From: Podarcis bocagei
Lineage: Eukaryota
Direction: 5' to 3' (one strand)
Assembly (NCBI GenBank): GCA_964188305.1
Contig: OZ076901.1
DNA: 64,000 bases
The position numbers were made by a program, and so were the translations under genes. Under the pieces are notes generated by a model. The model saw only the letters and a program-made list of their open reading frames with translations, searched no databases and was not told the origin of the DNA. Positions 46,517-60,509 of this stretch are shown here, piece after piece; the stretch's first letter is position 1; the number at the start of each line of letters is the position of its first letter.

Positions 46517-49500
46517 GGGACAAGTAAGCCCTGCCCTGCATAAATGATCACATGACGCATTGCATGGGGACCATATGAATGGCAATGCCCCTCAACTTTG
46601 GGGGTGCGGCCCCTCAAATATTTTATTTGGAGGGGGGCAAAGACCCCTCAGCCCCTAGGAGCTGGCTCCTATAATAAGTCCCCCAAAAAGAGCCTAAGAA
46701 GAGAAATGGAGTTGTTGGGTAGGCTCAAGCAGGGCAGGGGCATGAGAGACAATTTTTTAAAATATTCCGGTCCTGAGCTTTAATATTTAAAGTTCAAAAC
46801 CAGCACCTTGAATTGAGCCTGGGAGCAGAATGGGAAAGGCAAACAGGCCCATCTGATTTGTGCTAGGTGAACAAGCTACTGGTAGTATAATAATCAGCAA
46901 TGGGAACCATTTCTATGAAGTGTGGGGCTTGTCATGTCAAAGGACATTTGGAATATTAACACTGATTCATGTTTCTCCTCAACTGGCAGATAGGGTGGGA
47001 GACTAGAGGTGAAATGAATCATGTCATGATCTCAGGGCTATAATGGCTGAGGGTGGGGAGGCTTTTTGGACAACCTCACTCAGAGCTGTATCATCCAGCG
47101 CTGCCATTCTACTTAGGCAACATAATTCTGTGCAACAGATTTTCCCCATCCTCTCCTTTCCCTTGCACCCCTGCAAAATCTGTTCTAGAGGATCAAGGGA
47201 CCCCATGGAGAAAATTTTAGGGGTATGCAGGGAGAGGGGATGAAGGGGTACGTCCTGTTTTGTGAGTGGAATGCCACTCACACAGGGTTGGATACAACCC
47301 TTAGTAATTTGCAATATTCATTAGTATAGGAAATGTACACATAGGAGATGTTGCCTTAAATATCACTGGGTCTTGGGGGCGAGCTGCTGACAGCTACCAT
47401 GTGGCAGCAACAACTTGTAGGGCCTTTACAGAGGAGACGGAAGAGACTAAAGATTCCATTGAATGCATGTTACATAAAGAACTGGGAATGTAATCCTGGA
47501 GAACTTAAGGTTAACACACTTTGCATTGCTTTCGTCTGACTGTTCAATTAGATTTTTATCGCTGCAGCTGCTAAAACAAAGAGCTTTCTCCTCAAACTGA
47601 TGAAGTGAATTTGAGTGCTCTCCCTTTCTCCACCTACGATGCACATTTGGATTTAAATCCTTTCCCTTCGGAGAGTTTCAGCGAACTTTGACCAATTGCA
47701 ATAATTCACAATTGCAATAATTCACTTAATTTATCATTCACAGGTTGTTACATCATGACCTCACAATTTGGAATCCATAATTCATTAATTCATTAATTGC
47801 AATCATGACTGTAATGTATTATTTTGGTATTTAAACATGGAGTCATATAATAGCACGCAGAGTAGTTCTGAAAACCTGCATGATGTTGGATACAGTTGTC
47901 ATTGATCATCTGTGGAGCACTTTAACTGTGGAAAAGCACCGTACAACACAAAGCTCATCCAGTCTTCTATCCATAGACACACAGATGCCATATTTTATTT
48001 GTTTTAGGGATGCTTGAGGATTTCATTTCATCTGTATTTTAAAGGGATGTGACCTGGTTTGCACTTCCCAGACTAATACCCAGAGCAGAATGCAGTTATC
48101 AGTTGGCTTTCACACTCCAGTGACTTTTGCTAAACACTTCTTGGCTCAAATAATGTACCAAATGCACATAAAAAATGTATGCTTTAGGTTAAAATCCACA
48201 TAAAATGTGTATTTTAGGATAAGATGAATACAGCAATGTATATTTTAGGATAAAATGCGTGCAGAATAATGTACATTTTGTACGTTCCTTGAAAATCACA
48301 GATTGACACTGAAATGGCATGGAACAGAATTATGAATGAACAGATGTGAAACTGACACAGATTGAAAATAGACTGATTCATAGCCATCTCTTACATGATG
48401 GTTTTTCCCCATTCACCAGGCAAGTAGCATCTTTGATGTGGGGTGATTTTAAAGAGGAAAATAGCACAGAGAAAGGGGGTTAACCCCCTCCCTCAGTGCT
48501 ATGATCCTGATTTTATTTGCACTCCCTCCACCCCCCAAAATATCTGTGGTTACTCATACATTTTTTAAAAAAGTTGCACCGACACATACACAAGATCTTG
48601 GGGGGCAATTCACCATTGTTTCCTGTGTCTCAGTGAGCAGCTGAGCAAAATAAGAATAATAATAAAAATTTGAGATTTGCTGAAAGCCTTCAAGTGAGGT
48701 TATTCTGGATTGCACTTGGACTGTTGCAAATATTTCCAGTTTCCACTTGTCAGGCTGAAAACAGTGACTGGGGCCCAATGTAGACATATTCACTCAGTTT
48801 TGCAAAGCCTCTTTAATTTATCTTAGCTACCACAATTTTCACCACTTGGTTCTACTTCCTTTTTCCTGGATTTCCTGGAGTGACCACTGTCAATCAGGGT
48901 TCCCATAGCATCCTAGATGGCACCACAAGGCTGAGTAGCCACCTGGATTTGGCAACATGATGACATCACTAAGAGCAAATTAGGTCAGTCGAGACAGTTG
49001 AGACTGAAGGCAGTGCTTGCTTAATCAGGCATTCAGGAGGCCCTAGCCTAGACAATCAAGGACCAGGCAGTGAACAGGACATCACTAAGCTACATAGACA
49101 ATCAGATTTAGCTGCAGCATGGTACCACTTAGGGCAAATTAATTTAATTAAAGGAAGTGAATGAGAAGGTGCAGCAGATGGTAAAAGAAACAAGAAATGG
49201 ATAAACATTCTTGCAAGCAATATTGAAAAAAATCAGGAATAATACATTGAAGAAAATTTCCCTCCAAGCAATAAATACTCCAATACTACTTCCATGCAGC
49301 AAGGGGGTATGTCTGAATAATACAACCATGTGAGATGAAACAATTGTGTGGGACTTTGGCAATCAAGTGGCACCTTTCAGATGGGGTGCAACTAGCTGGG
49401 CATGACACATGAGCTTGCCTTCACTCATGTTGTGTCGCTTTTTATCCTCATGCTTGCCCCTAAAGCCTGGGCTTGTAACCATGCTGCTGCAGCTAAGAAG

Positions 49501-50029
49501 TTGTCTTCTTCTACCTCCAACACCAGACTTTGGGTTTTGTCATAGGGTTCTGCAGACAAAGCCCCATTCCCCTGCTGAGTAGGAGCGGACCTCTCAGATC
49601 AGATCTGCAGTATTTCCGGACCTCTGCCTGCAAAAAGAAAAGAAAAAAGACCACAGTCCGCCTTGGATCTCACTATGCAAAGCGTACTTATTGAAATCAG
49701 CTGAATTAAAGCTTCTCTTTCAATATTTCTTTTCCACGTGGGTTACTACTGACAGAAACTGCGTGGAGTGAAGATGCACTCCCTGCCTAACTCTGTTAAT
49801 GGATTATAATTCTGCGCTGCAAAGCCGCCTGCTGTTCTCTTGCACTCTTTTTCACCCCACCTCTGCTGATCTGCCTGCTTTAGCCATGCGCTACATGTTT
49901 TCAAGCTGACAGACAGAGAGGGGGGGGGGATATTATTTTTTAAAGACTATGGGATACCTGTATTCAAAAGCTGTAGTCTCAAGTTGAAGGAAAGCACACA
50001 CAACCAGAAGTACCATAACTGTCCTACTA

Positions 50030-50220
50030 TATCCCATCTTTTTCTTCAAGGAACTCAAAGTAGAATGCATGGTTCTCCTTGTCCTCATTTAATTCCCACA
50101 AGAACATTGTGTAGGCTAAGAGGCAATGCCCAAGTTCACCCAGCTTCATGACTGAGTGGGGATTTGAACCCTGGTCTCCTGGGTCCGAGCTGGACACTCT
50201 AACCACTGCACCACACTGTC
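50030..50220 (-). mobile_element. tRNA-derived CORE/MIR-like SINE
   Basis: Same family as 3140-3335; ggatttgaaccc is the reverse B box. Confidence 0.6.
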
Positions 50221-52582
50221 TCTCTTGTATATAGTTTTGCCTAATATACTTATTTTTGCAAGCAACTTCCCTACTATGATGCATCTTTATATGTGCCCCC
50301 CCCCCAATATAAGCATTTCTATGCACACTCCAGACTAGTATATATATACTTGTACATATTACTTGGATGGAGAACTGCCCTGCAAAATTCAGAGAAGTGC
50401 AGCTTCCATAGAATGACTGCAGATTGGTTTAGGTATTGTTTCAGGAAGTGCAAATTATGTAGTTTCACCTTTCAGTGTGAAATGTATTGAATTTCTCCTC
50501 CATGCTTACCAGGGAACAAATAAATTTGTTTCGGGGGCTGGTTCCATGCAGTGTGCTCCCATCTGGTGATCCTCAGCACAGGTCAGGTGAGGCAGAATTT
50601 ACATGACTGGTTGGCTTGCATGAAACATAGAGGTGCTTTTAAAATGGAATTGCCCCTTACGGGACAAACTGGGTACATCTTGAAGTAAGTAAATGAATAA
50701 ACCCATCTTGGACCTAATCTAATTAAGTATCTTGTGTTGTTGTTTGTGTGGCTCATTCATTTCTCTCTCCTCTTTCCCTCTCTTGTAACCAGCTGTGACC
50801 TAGAGGTTGCTTGTTGTATTATAAAAAGGGTTTTTTCTGTCTGTGTTGTACAAGCAGGAATAAGGGAGGCAGGAATGAGCACATTGTCTCCCTGCTAATT
50901 AAAAAAGATGCCTGGAGGTTAGCCTCTCTCACACTCGGGAAACCGAAAAACAGAGTGATGAACCCCATTTCAAAGTGGAATAATAATAAAAAGTGTGTTT
51001 TGAATTTCAAAGGAACTCATAATTATTGGAAGGACCAGTGCTTATGGCACACCTGATGCATACGAAGCCCTGGTGTCACAGATGGTGAAAGTTTCCAATG
51101 GTAAGAAGGTCTTTACAAGCAGGTTAGAGGGATGGTGATAAAACAACACCATGGAGGTAAATCAAAGCAAATCCTCTATTTTATTTTATTTCTTATTTCT
51201 TTCCTATTGAACCATCTTTATGCCTCAGTACCTCAACATCTTCTGGACCACCTCTCCTGATATGAACCTCTTCTACCTTTAGATCATCACCCGAGGTCTT
51301 TCTTTAGGAAGATGATGGCAAGGGAGGGCATTTTTAGTTGTGAAATCCCCATCTGTGGAATGTTCTCCCCAGTGAGACCTACCTGGTGCCTTCAGTGATG
51401 TATTTTTGGTGCCAGGTAAAACATTACCTCCCTCCCCCCCAGGTTTTTGTTGGACTATGATGGTGATGTTTGCTGGTAGTTGTGCTGCATAAGCTTTCTG
51501 GCGCTGTTATTGGGGGTTACTTGTGTGTGTTTTTTATGAACTGAATATGTTTCTGTGTAAATGTTTTTTCTGTAAATGTGTTTTTTATTATAATGTATTT
51601 TTTTACTTATGTTCTTAAATATGTTGCAAGTCGCTCGGAGACCTTTTTGTGTAGCGAGTGACTAACAGCTTCAAATAGTGATGATGATTGACATCTTCAA
51701 ATATCTCAAAGGCTGTCACCTAGGCAATGGAACAGTAGCTAATGGGCTCAAATTACAAGAAAGGGAATATCAGCTAAATATTAAGTAGCTCCTGAGGGTA
51801 CAAATTGTTGGACGGTGAGACAGACTGCCTCAGAAGGGGGGCGTCCCTCAGTGGCCTTTCCTTCATTAGAGGTGTGCAAGCCGATCTCGAAGATCAACCT
51901 CAAGCATGCTAATGCAGCAGATGGACCCAATGGTGTTTGAGGTCTGTCTGTCTATCCACTTATCCATGATCAACATGAAGGGTTGACGTTGTTGGGGGAA
52001 AATTGGGACACCTGCTGGAGCATCTGTGCCACGTTGATCTCACATCCACATTGCCACACCTCCTCTCCAGCCCAGGATGAAGCAGTGACTCAGCAAGAGG
52101 GAGTTCAGGGAAGCAGTGTAGTCCCACCACACTGTCCATTGTTCATACCTACAAAGATTCTGATCTCTCTCTCATCCCACCGCCTGAGCCTCATGACACT
52201 TCTGCTCCACTTCAATGCTGTCTTGAACAGTAGATACTTAGTTTGTCTTTATTTATCTTTGCTGCAAAATAAAGTGGATGGAATGGGGAGGAACTATCAT
52301 GTTGTGTTCAATCAACTGGGTCTGGTGCTCTCTCTCATACAGTGGTCAGCTTGCAAGCAGAACAGTGGTGAGGAGAGATGTCCACCATGCCTCTTTCTTG
52401 TGCCCTGGAGACAGTCAAGTCAACATCTGTTGACCAAGAGGGGAGGGCCAAAACTGATACCTTCAAATTACATGACAGGGGATTTCAGGTAACTATTAGG
52501 GAGCACTTTTCGACTGAGTTCTTTGACAGTGGAACAGACTGTCTTGAGGTTGGTGGACCATCCTTCATTACAGACTTTCATA

Positions 52583-52758
52583 GTAAAAAATTAAAACATA
52601 GTCCAGTAGCGCCTTAGAGACCAACTAAGTTTGTTCTAGGTATAAGCTTTCATGTGCATACCTAGAATGAACTTAGTTGGTCTCTAAGGTGCTATTGGAC
52701 TATTTTTTATTTTTTTATTTTGACTGCATCAGACCAACACTGCTACCTACCTGAATCT
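52583..52758 (-). mobile_element. Penelope-like palindromic terminal remnant inside a CR1 fragment
   Basis: Inverted arms gtagcgccttagagaccaactaag / cttagttggtctctaaggtgcta; TSD AGACTTTCATA at 52572-52582 and 52759-52769; homologous to 61888-62081. Confidence 0.75.
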
Positions 52759-55700
52759 AGACTTTCATAAGTAGAGGTCGGATGGTCACCTCGCAGAGTT
52801 GCTGGAGCAATGCATTCCCCGCATTGGCAGGGTGGGGCTTGGACTGAATGAATGAATTTATTATTTCGGTCACAGACCAGTTCCAGGGGCTTGGATTAGA
52901 TAGCCTTTGAGGTCATTTCCAGCATTATTCTATATTCTATGAGTAGAGGACTTTATTCAGCCCAAAGGCCATATTCACTTCTGTGCAGCCTTCCAAGTGT
53001 CATGTGTCACAGCGGTTGAAGGTAAAAGGCAAAAATGAATGTGACAAATAATTTGACTGCACAGTAGGCTAGTTTTTTCACACACTCCCTTCACTGTATC
53101 CAGAGAAGTAAGATGCATTAACATAGTTCAAGGGCATATTTCAGCCAGACAAAAACTTTTGGGGTGCAAAGTAAGACAAGTGGATGCTGTGGTTTGGGCA
53201 CAGGATGTGCAGCCTGCGAAGAGGTCCGATAGAAAGTTCTGGGGTGTTGCATTTTGCCGCTGGGACTGACATTCTGCCCACCCCCATATTCTAATCAGAA
53301 TGTACATATAGCTGTTCTTTAAAAACATATACAAAGATAGATAAAACAATTGTTGGTGGGTGGAGAAGACAGGAGAGGAGCAGGAGGCCAAGAGCAGCAG
53401 TGAAGTAGAATATAAAAGCTTTTGCTCCCCCTTGGCCAGATAATTGAGGAGGTGTCAGCTTGCATCATAGTGAAGTAGAAGCACTGACTCATTGCCTCCC
53501 CCAGAAAGGAGGGAGGTTGAAGACCTCCTCCTCCTCTCCCAATACCAATAATACAACAAAAGAATCGGAAACCTCTGCAGGCATTTATGTGGCTTGATTA
53601 AACAGACACCACAGCCTCTCTGCTGTGCCCTGAAACCTCCTTCCTTCCATCCCTTCCTTCAATTTTCTCTTCCTCGCCAATCCTTTTGAAGATGCATCAG
53701 GTCTGGAGTTCAGATTAATCCAACTGCTAGATGTATTATTCATTTCTATGCTTTAATGATGTGATAAGGTTTCTGGAAATAGGAAAAGGCTCATTAAACT
53801 GTCATTTGAATATAGATCACAACTAAATTTGGAGGGAGAGATGGAGCTTGCCAGCCAAGCGTTCTCTCCATCCCACATCCCCGCTTTGCACACATGCCGT
53901 GCGGGCATTTCCAGAGGAGAGAGCACAGAGATTAGCACTTATACACTATTGATTCTTCAATTAATTAGTAGAAGGGGTGCAAGGAAATGAGGGAATTTGT
54001 AAAGGGGGGCAATGCCTACAGACAGTGAGATCAGTAGAGGCAGGTCTGTCAATTTGCTATCTCAAAAAGGGGGAAAGTAAGAGAACCATATTTCTCTGGT
54101 TGGTTGTCTAGTAATATCACAAAAAGCTATCTCTCACAGTTCCTCCTGGTTGGATGTTATTCTCCATTTTCTAATACAAGAAGCCAATGAAAACTATTTC
54201 TACACTATCTCTCTACTCCCCTACCTGCTTCTTTCTCCCTTTCCCTTTCTTGAGTCCTCTCCAGCTGGTACTGAAGATTGGAGATGTTTCAATATTTTTG
54301 AAACTTAATGTGTGTTTTGCCTCCTCTTCTTCTTCTGAAAAAATAAACCCTTTGGAACCAATGGGATGCAACATATGGCTGCCTCTGAAACTTTAGGTAT
54401 GGGTTTTTGGCTGGCACCCATTAATCCCAAACTTTTGTTGGAGCTTCCAGAGCTACATCACCTTGTACTTATCCACTCGTACCCTTGATAATGCTTCTTG
54501 TGGTCTCCTTCCTCCATTCCACCACAGAGTTGGAAGGAACCTTGGTAGTAATCTCCTCCAGTTTCCTGCCAATGTGGAAAACCCATTCCCATGGCATCCC
54601 TGATAGGCAGTCATCCACTCACTCTTTGCTTAAAAGCAAAGAAATGTTGACTGCTCTGCTCCACTGTCAAGAAACCATCAGGACATCAAATCAAATCTTT
54701 ATTGTTATGGTTAGGAAATTCTTCCTGATGTTTAAGTTGAAATCCCCTTTCTTAGCATTTTATCCAATGTTAGCCCTACTCAGAATAGACCCATTGAAAT
54801 TAATGGACATGACCAAGTTAGGGTCTTTAATTTCAGTGGGTCAACTCTGAGTCAGACGTGGTGGGATACAATGTGAACAAATTACCAGTGCTTTTTTGGG
54901 GGGGCAGGGGTACACATACCCCCAAACATTTTGTGAATCTAAATTTGGCCTCATTAAAGGGCAGTATTTCAATATGAGTAGGAAAATGAAAGTACCCCTA
55001 AACATTTTTTTAGAAAAAAATAGCAGTGCCTATTAGTATAGGTCCTACCTTTGGAACAGCAGAAAACCAACATGCTCCATGATTGTAGATGTGGCAGCCC
55101 TTCAAATTTTTGAAGAAGGCTGTCATTACCCATCTTAATCATTTCTTTTCCAGCTAAACAGATCCAACTCCTTCAGTTTTTCTTCAAAGGACTCACTATC
55201 TTTGCTGTCTTCTGTTGGGCACATTGTGTGTCAATATCCTTCTTAAAGCTCATTTCTGCTTCTTCCTCTCTCCAGTGCTTGGAATCTCCAGCTGATACTG
55301 GCGATTTGACTAGATACATTTCAGTACTTCAGGTCTAGGTTTTCACATGGCAGCCATTCATTTCATAACCCTTAAGAATTTCCAGAGCTACATCACTGGA
55401 GTACACAATTAGACTCATTGAGGGAGTCCACTTAATGTGACCTGATTGCAGCTCTGGTTTCCAGAGTCAATTCAAAGTCTGATTTTGACCTATAAAGCTT
55501 CATGCATTCCAATAATTCAAGGACTACCTCTCTCCATTTAAACCAGCCTGGACCCTGTGTTCAGCATCTGAGGCCCTTTCTCTGTATGCCCCTTCCACAG
55601 AAGGTGTGCCTCACTTGAGGGAGGTACAGAGGGTGGCCGTATACGGATGGGTCTTTTCAGTGAAACACAAACAGCCTACACCAATTTGTGGAATGTTCTC

Positions 55701-57581
55701 CAAGGAAAACATGCCTGTTGCTATCATTGTCTATTTTGGTGTATCAGGCTAAGTCATTCTTTTTTCTTTTTACCCAGGCCTCCACTTTGGTCTCATCTTT
55801 TAGTGGGTCTGGGTATTGTGTTGAACCAGGAACATTTTACGAATTTTGTGTTGCACATAAATTACTGGATCAAATTTTCTGGCTCTTAATTGATTTTACC
55901 AGCATGTATTTTATCTTGTTAAGTCGTTTTGAGATTTCTGTATATATATACAGGAACGAACAAATATTATGATTAATCATCATAATCTCTGAACAATGTC
56001 TCATGTGGTCTCCTTCCAATATTGCTATACCATGGCATGCACATGGCACCTCCATGGCATTATGTCATTGATTGCCAGCTGCTGGGAATCACAGGTGGGG
56101 AGACTGCTGTGGCTCTCATGTCCAGATTGCAGGCTTCCCATCGTCATCTGGTCAGCCAATGAGAACAGGATGCTGGACTAGATGAGACACTGGCCTAATT
56201 CAGCAGCATTTCCTTATGTTCTTATGTAGGGAAGTCATATCCACCAACATCTCACAGACAAAAATAGGGATGCAGTGCCACTGTTCTCACATCAAGAATC
56301 ACTTGGCAATCCCTGAGTTATCAACTTCTGCATACCATTGAAGGATTTTTCTTTACTTCCTCACGATATGCTGAATTCATTTGCATTCATGTTTAAATCC
56401 ACTGCTTTAAACACCAAAAGGATGTTTTGTTCTTTTGGTTAAAGATACACTTTGGGGGTGGGGGAACCATAATTGTCTTACAATCTGTTTCCAAGTATTC
56501 AAAACATACCTTAGCAGCTGCAGTGTCTGAAATGGCAAGCTGTGCACTGCATGGTGCTGGAGGGCTCACATGCACTTGCATTTATGCTTGTGCATTAGAG
56601 GTAAGATCCATCCATCCACCCACTAAAAGATTTCACATCCAGCGGCCCTGCAGAAGGAGCTGAGTCCTGAAAAATGGGAACAGAGACTGGCAATATTGCA
56701 GCACAGCACCCAGAAAAGTTATAAATAGGAACATTTACCAGGTCCAGGGATCTTAATCTCAGGGTTGTGGGTTCAAGCTTTGGGCAAAAGATTCCTGCAT
56801 TGAATTAGATGACCCTTGTGGCCCCTTCCAATTCTACAATTCTATGATTAGGAAATTCCTGCCTCTGGTCCAGATGGCAGTGAATGCACACAAAATTGAC
56901 ACACCATTCTCTCTATCTTCAGTGTTTGGCACTGACTGTCACTGCTTACATAGTCAAATTGGCACTGCCCATGCACCAAAGGGAGGTATACGCAAGTTCA
57001 AGGGAACCCTAATGGTTTTCAGAAGTACACATTTTGATGGAGGTCCCACTTGCCTCTCCGAATTCCCAGGTATCTATTCCTCTTTCATTCTGAAATCATC
57101 TGCAGAAGAGTGGGTGCTCTAGACTTAGCAGTTATCAACATGCAAGGCTTATTATGAGGAGCAGTGGTTCTGAGGAAGGAACATAGGAAGCTGCCTTATA
57201 CCGAGTCAGGCCACTGACCCATCTAGTGCACTACTGCCTATGATTGACTGGCAGTGGATCGCTGGGGTTTCAGGCAAGGAGTCTTTCCCAGGCCTGCCTG
57301 GAGATTGAACCTAGGACCACTTACAAACAAAGGAGATGCTCTACTACTGAGCTATGGTCCTTCAAATGAGCTATGGTTTCCCAGAGGTTGTGTCTATACA
57401 GTTTCTGAGGGATCCTGAGATTGATTTAACATAGTCTTGGGGCGAGGCATGTTCAAATGTGTAATTCCTCGGATAAAGGTTTGAAGTTGAAAGTACTCCA
57501 CTTCTCACTCCCCCAGCTCTTGCCTGCTTTTGCATGGTGTGGTCCCTGAAAATTATCTTTCTGCAGCAGAGACATCAAAGA

Positions 57582-57582
<1 letters not shown>

Positions 57583-57642
<60 letters not shown>

Positions 57643-58247
57643 TATACCCCGCCCATCTGGCTGGGCTTCCCCAGCCACTCTGGGCGGCTTCCCAAAAAAT
57701 ATTAAAATACTGTAGTACATCAAACATTAAAAGCTTCCCTAAACAGGGCTGCCTTCAGATGTCTTCTAAAATTCTGGTAGTTGTTGTTCTCTTTGACATC
57801 TGGTGGGAGGGCATTCCACAGGGAGGGCGCCACTACCGAGAAGGCCCTCTGCCTGTTTCCCTGTAACTTGGCTTCTCACAGTGAGGGAACCACCAGAAGG
57901 CCCTCGGTGCTGGACCTCAGTGTCCGGGTAGAACGATGGGGGTGGAGACGTTCCTTCAGGTATACTGGACTGAGGCCGTTTAGGGCTTTAAAGTTCAGCA
58001 CCAACACTTTGTATTGTGCTCGGAAACGTACTGGGAGCCAATGTAGGTCTTTCAAGACCGGTGTTATATGGTCTCGGCGGCTGCTCCCAGTCACCAGTCT
58101 AGCTGCCGCATTCTGGATTAGTTGTAGTTTCCGGGTCACCTTCAAAGGTAGCTCCACGTACAGCGCATTGCAGTAGTCCAAGCGGGAGATAACCAGAGCA
58201 TGCACCACTCTGGCGAGGCAGTTTGCAGGCAGATAGGGTCTCAGCCT
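57583..58247 (-). mobile_element. L2-clade LINE 3' fragment with (TAA)n tail
   Basis: RLRPYL...VVHALVISRLDYCNALY..LPLK..RKLQLIQNAAARLVTG...DHITPVLKDLHWLPV; (ATT)n at 57583-57643. Confidence 0.9.
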
Positions 58248-58718
58248 ATAGTCACAGCCTCTGGGTGAGTAGCTAACAACTCTAGTTCTAAGGTGCAGGA
58301 ATCTTCCCAACTCCACCTGCCCAAAAGGACCTTAGCTCTAGGAAGAGGTGGACACATTCTTTGCCATCATAGACTTCTGTTCTAGCAGAGGATCTAATTG
58401 TGCTGAGATCCTACCTACTCTTTGGTGTACTTGGCACAATGCATAACCTGGTCCTAGAAGCTCCAGAAGACTTTGCAGGGTAGTCCTATAAGAAAGAAGT
58501 GTGTTGGGTAAAGTCACAGACTATTGACAAAAAAGGGAGAGTTCAGTAGAAGATATGAAGAAATCTACCACTTCCATCTAGTGGGTCTGCTTACCTGTGT
58601 TACATAAGACTGTATAAGAAGCTACATTAGATAAGTAAAAATCCCACAGAGTACACTGTAGTGACTATGAACAACCTCCAGGTTCATTGCAGCGAAAAAG
58701 GTAGAAATGTTTTGTCTT

Positions 58719-58734
58719 CCACCAGAGGGTGCTA
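58719..58734 (+). promoter_or_regulatory. Candidate CTCF site
   Basis: CCACCAGAGGGTGCTA matches the CTCF core CCACCAGRGGGCGC with one CpG-type change; motif only. Confidence 0.4.
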
Positions 58735-60126
58735 CAATGTCTTGTCATCTAGCCAGGAATAACAGCAACATCAAACACAGGTTGGCTGAACTGGGGGTGG
58801 TGTGGTGAGGAGGCAGTTTCATTTTTATGACCTTCCACAGGGCTTAATCTCTGGATATTTATTATGAACATACAACAGTGGTGATGGATGAGCCACATGA
58901 CACCCTCTTTCCTTTCCTTTGTTAATGAATCAGCTGGGGTAAAATTATGATGTTAAATAACCAGAAACACAAATGGTTCATTTCTGAGTCCTTTTATGGG
59001 CTCCAATGCACTCCTGAGGATGGCACTGGAAGGACAACAGAGTCGGGCGCCTTGAGGTCTCGCCACCCTCCTCACAAGACCCCTGCAACACTTTCTCCTT
59101 TCTCTGAAAGTTATCTGACATCATTGACAGCAGGGCCTCCACTGCAAGGAACCATGGGAAATGTAGTAACTATGGATTCTGAGGTGGCTATGGAACCTTA
59201 CCCTTGCCATTGCACTGCTGAGCTCCGGGTGTTTGGGAGCCCTTTGACATAGGACATCAGCAGGACCTTTCTCCCCTTACTTTCCACCTCAAACCATACT
59301 CCTCTACCCTGGCCTGGTAGGGTGGGAAGCAAAGAGGCCAGCGGCAAGCAGAGCCAATGACAGGCAGCAACTCATTTTCATTTTCTCCCTCTTTCTCCTG
59401 CCTGTGGAGCATGGGATTAGCCAGGATTTGGGGGGGGGGCAGGCATTATGTTAGTGGGCAGAACTGAGTTATCTGCATGCAATTAGTCAGTTGAGTATTT
59501 CTATTTATTTACTTGATTTATGGAGGGGCCAGCTGTTCCCCTAGCTATGCCCCAGCCCCAGATATGCCCATGCTGTGGAGTCCTACAAGGGCAAAACTAA
59601 GACAAAGAGGGAGAAAGCTGACAGCTAGGGACACCTCCTGGATCAAATGTGAGTTAGAAAGCAGGGAAGTGAGGGCTGTCTGAGGGCAGACTGAAGTTAG
59701 TAGGGCAGTGCCCCATTTGTCCTACTAGGCAAGCCTCCAATTCCCAAAGATCTGTGTCTAGAAGTGGCTGAGTTGTCTGGCAGCATTTCCTTCCTCTTTC
59801 ACCATGGCAGCACTCAGTTCTAGTGGGATTGCTGTGCAAAAATGCTAGTGACGGGGAAGAAAACCTCATGCATCTTTCCCACCGCTCCTAATAGGATAGA
59901 CGCCTGCACAGCCACAAAAGAGAAAAACCAACATCAACAAAGTGCAGGGTGGGGGAGAGGGTATGGATTTGCATTTGCAGATTTTTATGCTTAGATGGAA
60001 ACTGAGAAATAATTACAACAATATAGCAAGCAGCAGAGTACATCTCACCACCATGCGAAAGACTGAGACCAGGTGACCTGTGTGCCTGCTCAGTCTGCTG
60101 TATAGATGTTATCTCTTGATGGGCAA

Positions 60127-60509
60127 AATGTAAAGGTAAAGGACCCCTGGACGGTTAAGTCCAGTCAAAGGCGACTATGGGGTTGTGGATCTTATCTCGC
60201 TTTCAGGCCGAGGGAGCCGGTGTTTGTCCACAGACAGCTTTCTGGGTCATGTATCCAACATGACTAAAGCACTTCTCACACAACAGAACACCATGACGGA
60301 AGCCAGAGCACACAGAAACACTGTTTACCTTCCCGCTGCAGTGGTACCTATTTATCTACTTCTACCGGTGTGCTTTCGAACTGTTGGGTTGGCAGAAGCT
60401 GGGACAGAGCAATGGGAGCTCACCCTGTTGCGGGGATTAGAACCACTGACCTTCTGATTGGCAAGCCCAAGAGACTCCGTGGTTTAGACCACAGCGCCAC
60501 CCAGATCCC
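60127..60509 (-). mobile_element. Sauria SINE, full length, second subfamily
   Basis: taaaggtaaaggacccctgg...ccacagcgccaccc; TSD TCTTGATGGGCAA at 60114-60126 and 60510-60522. Confidence 0.92.

Noticed and set aside
51983-52492. 169-aa ORF
   Set aside because: TTG start, spans decayed CR1-like fragments, no motif.
54886-55028. Possible hAT MITE (CAGTGCTTTTTT...AAAAATAGCAGTG)
   Set aside because: TIRs are imperfect and the TSD matches only about 5/8; too weak to list as a feature.
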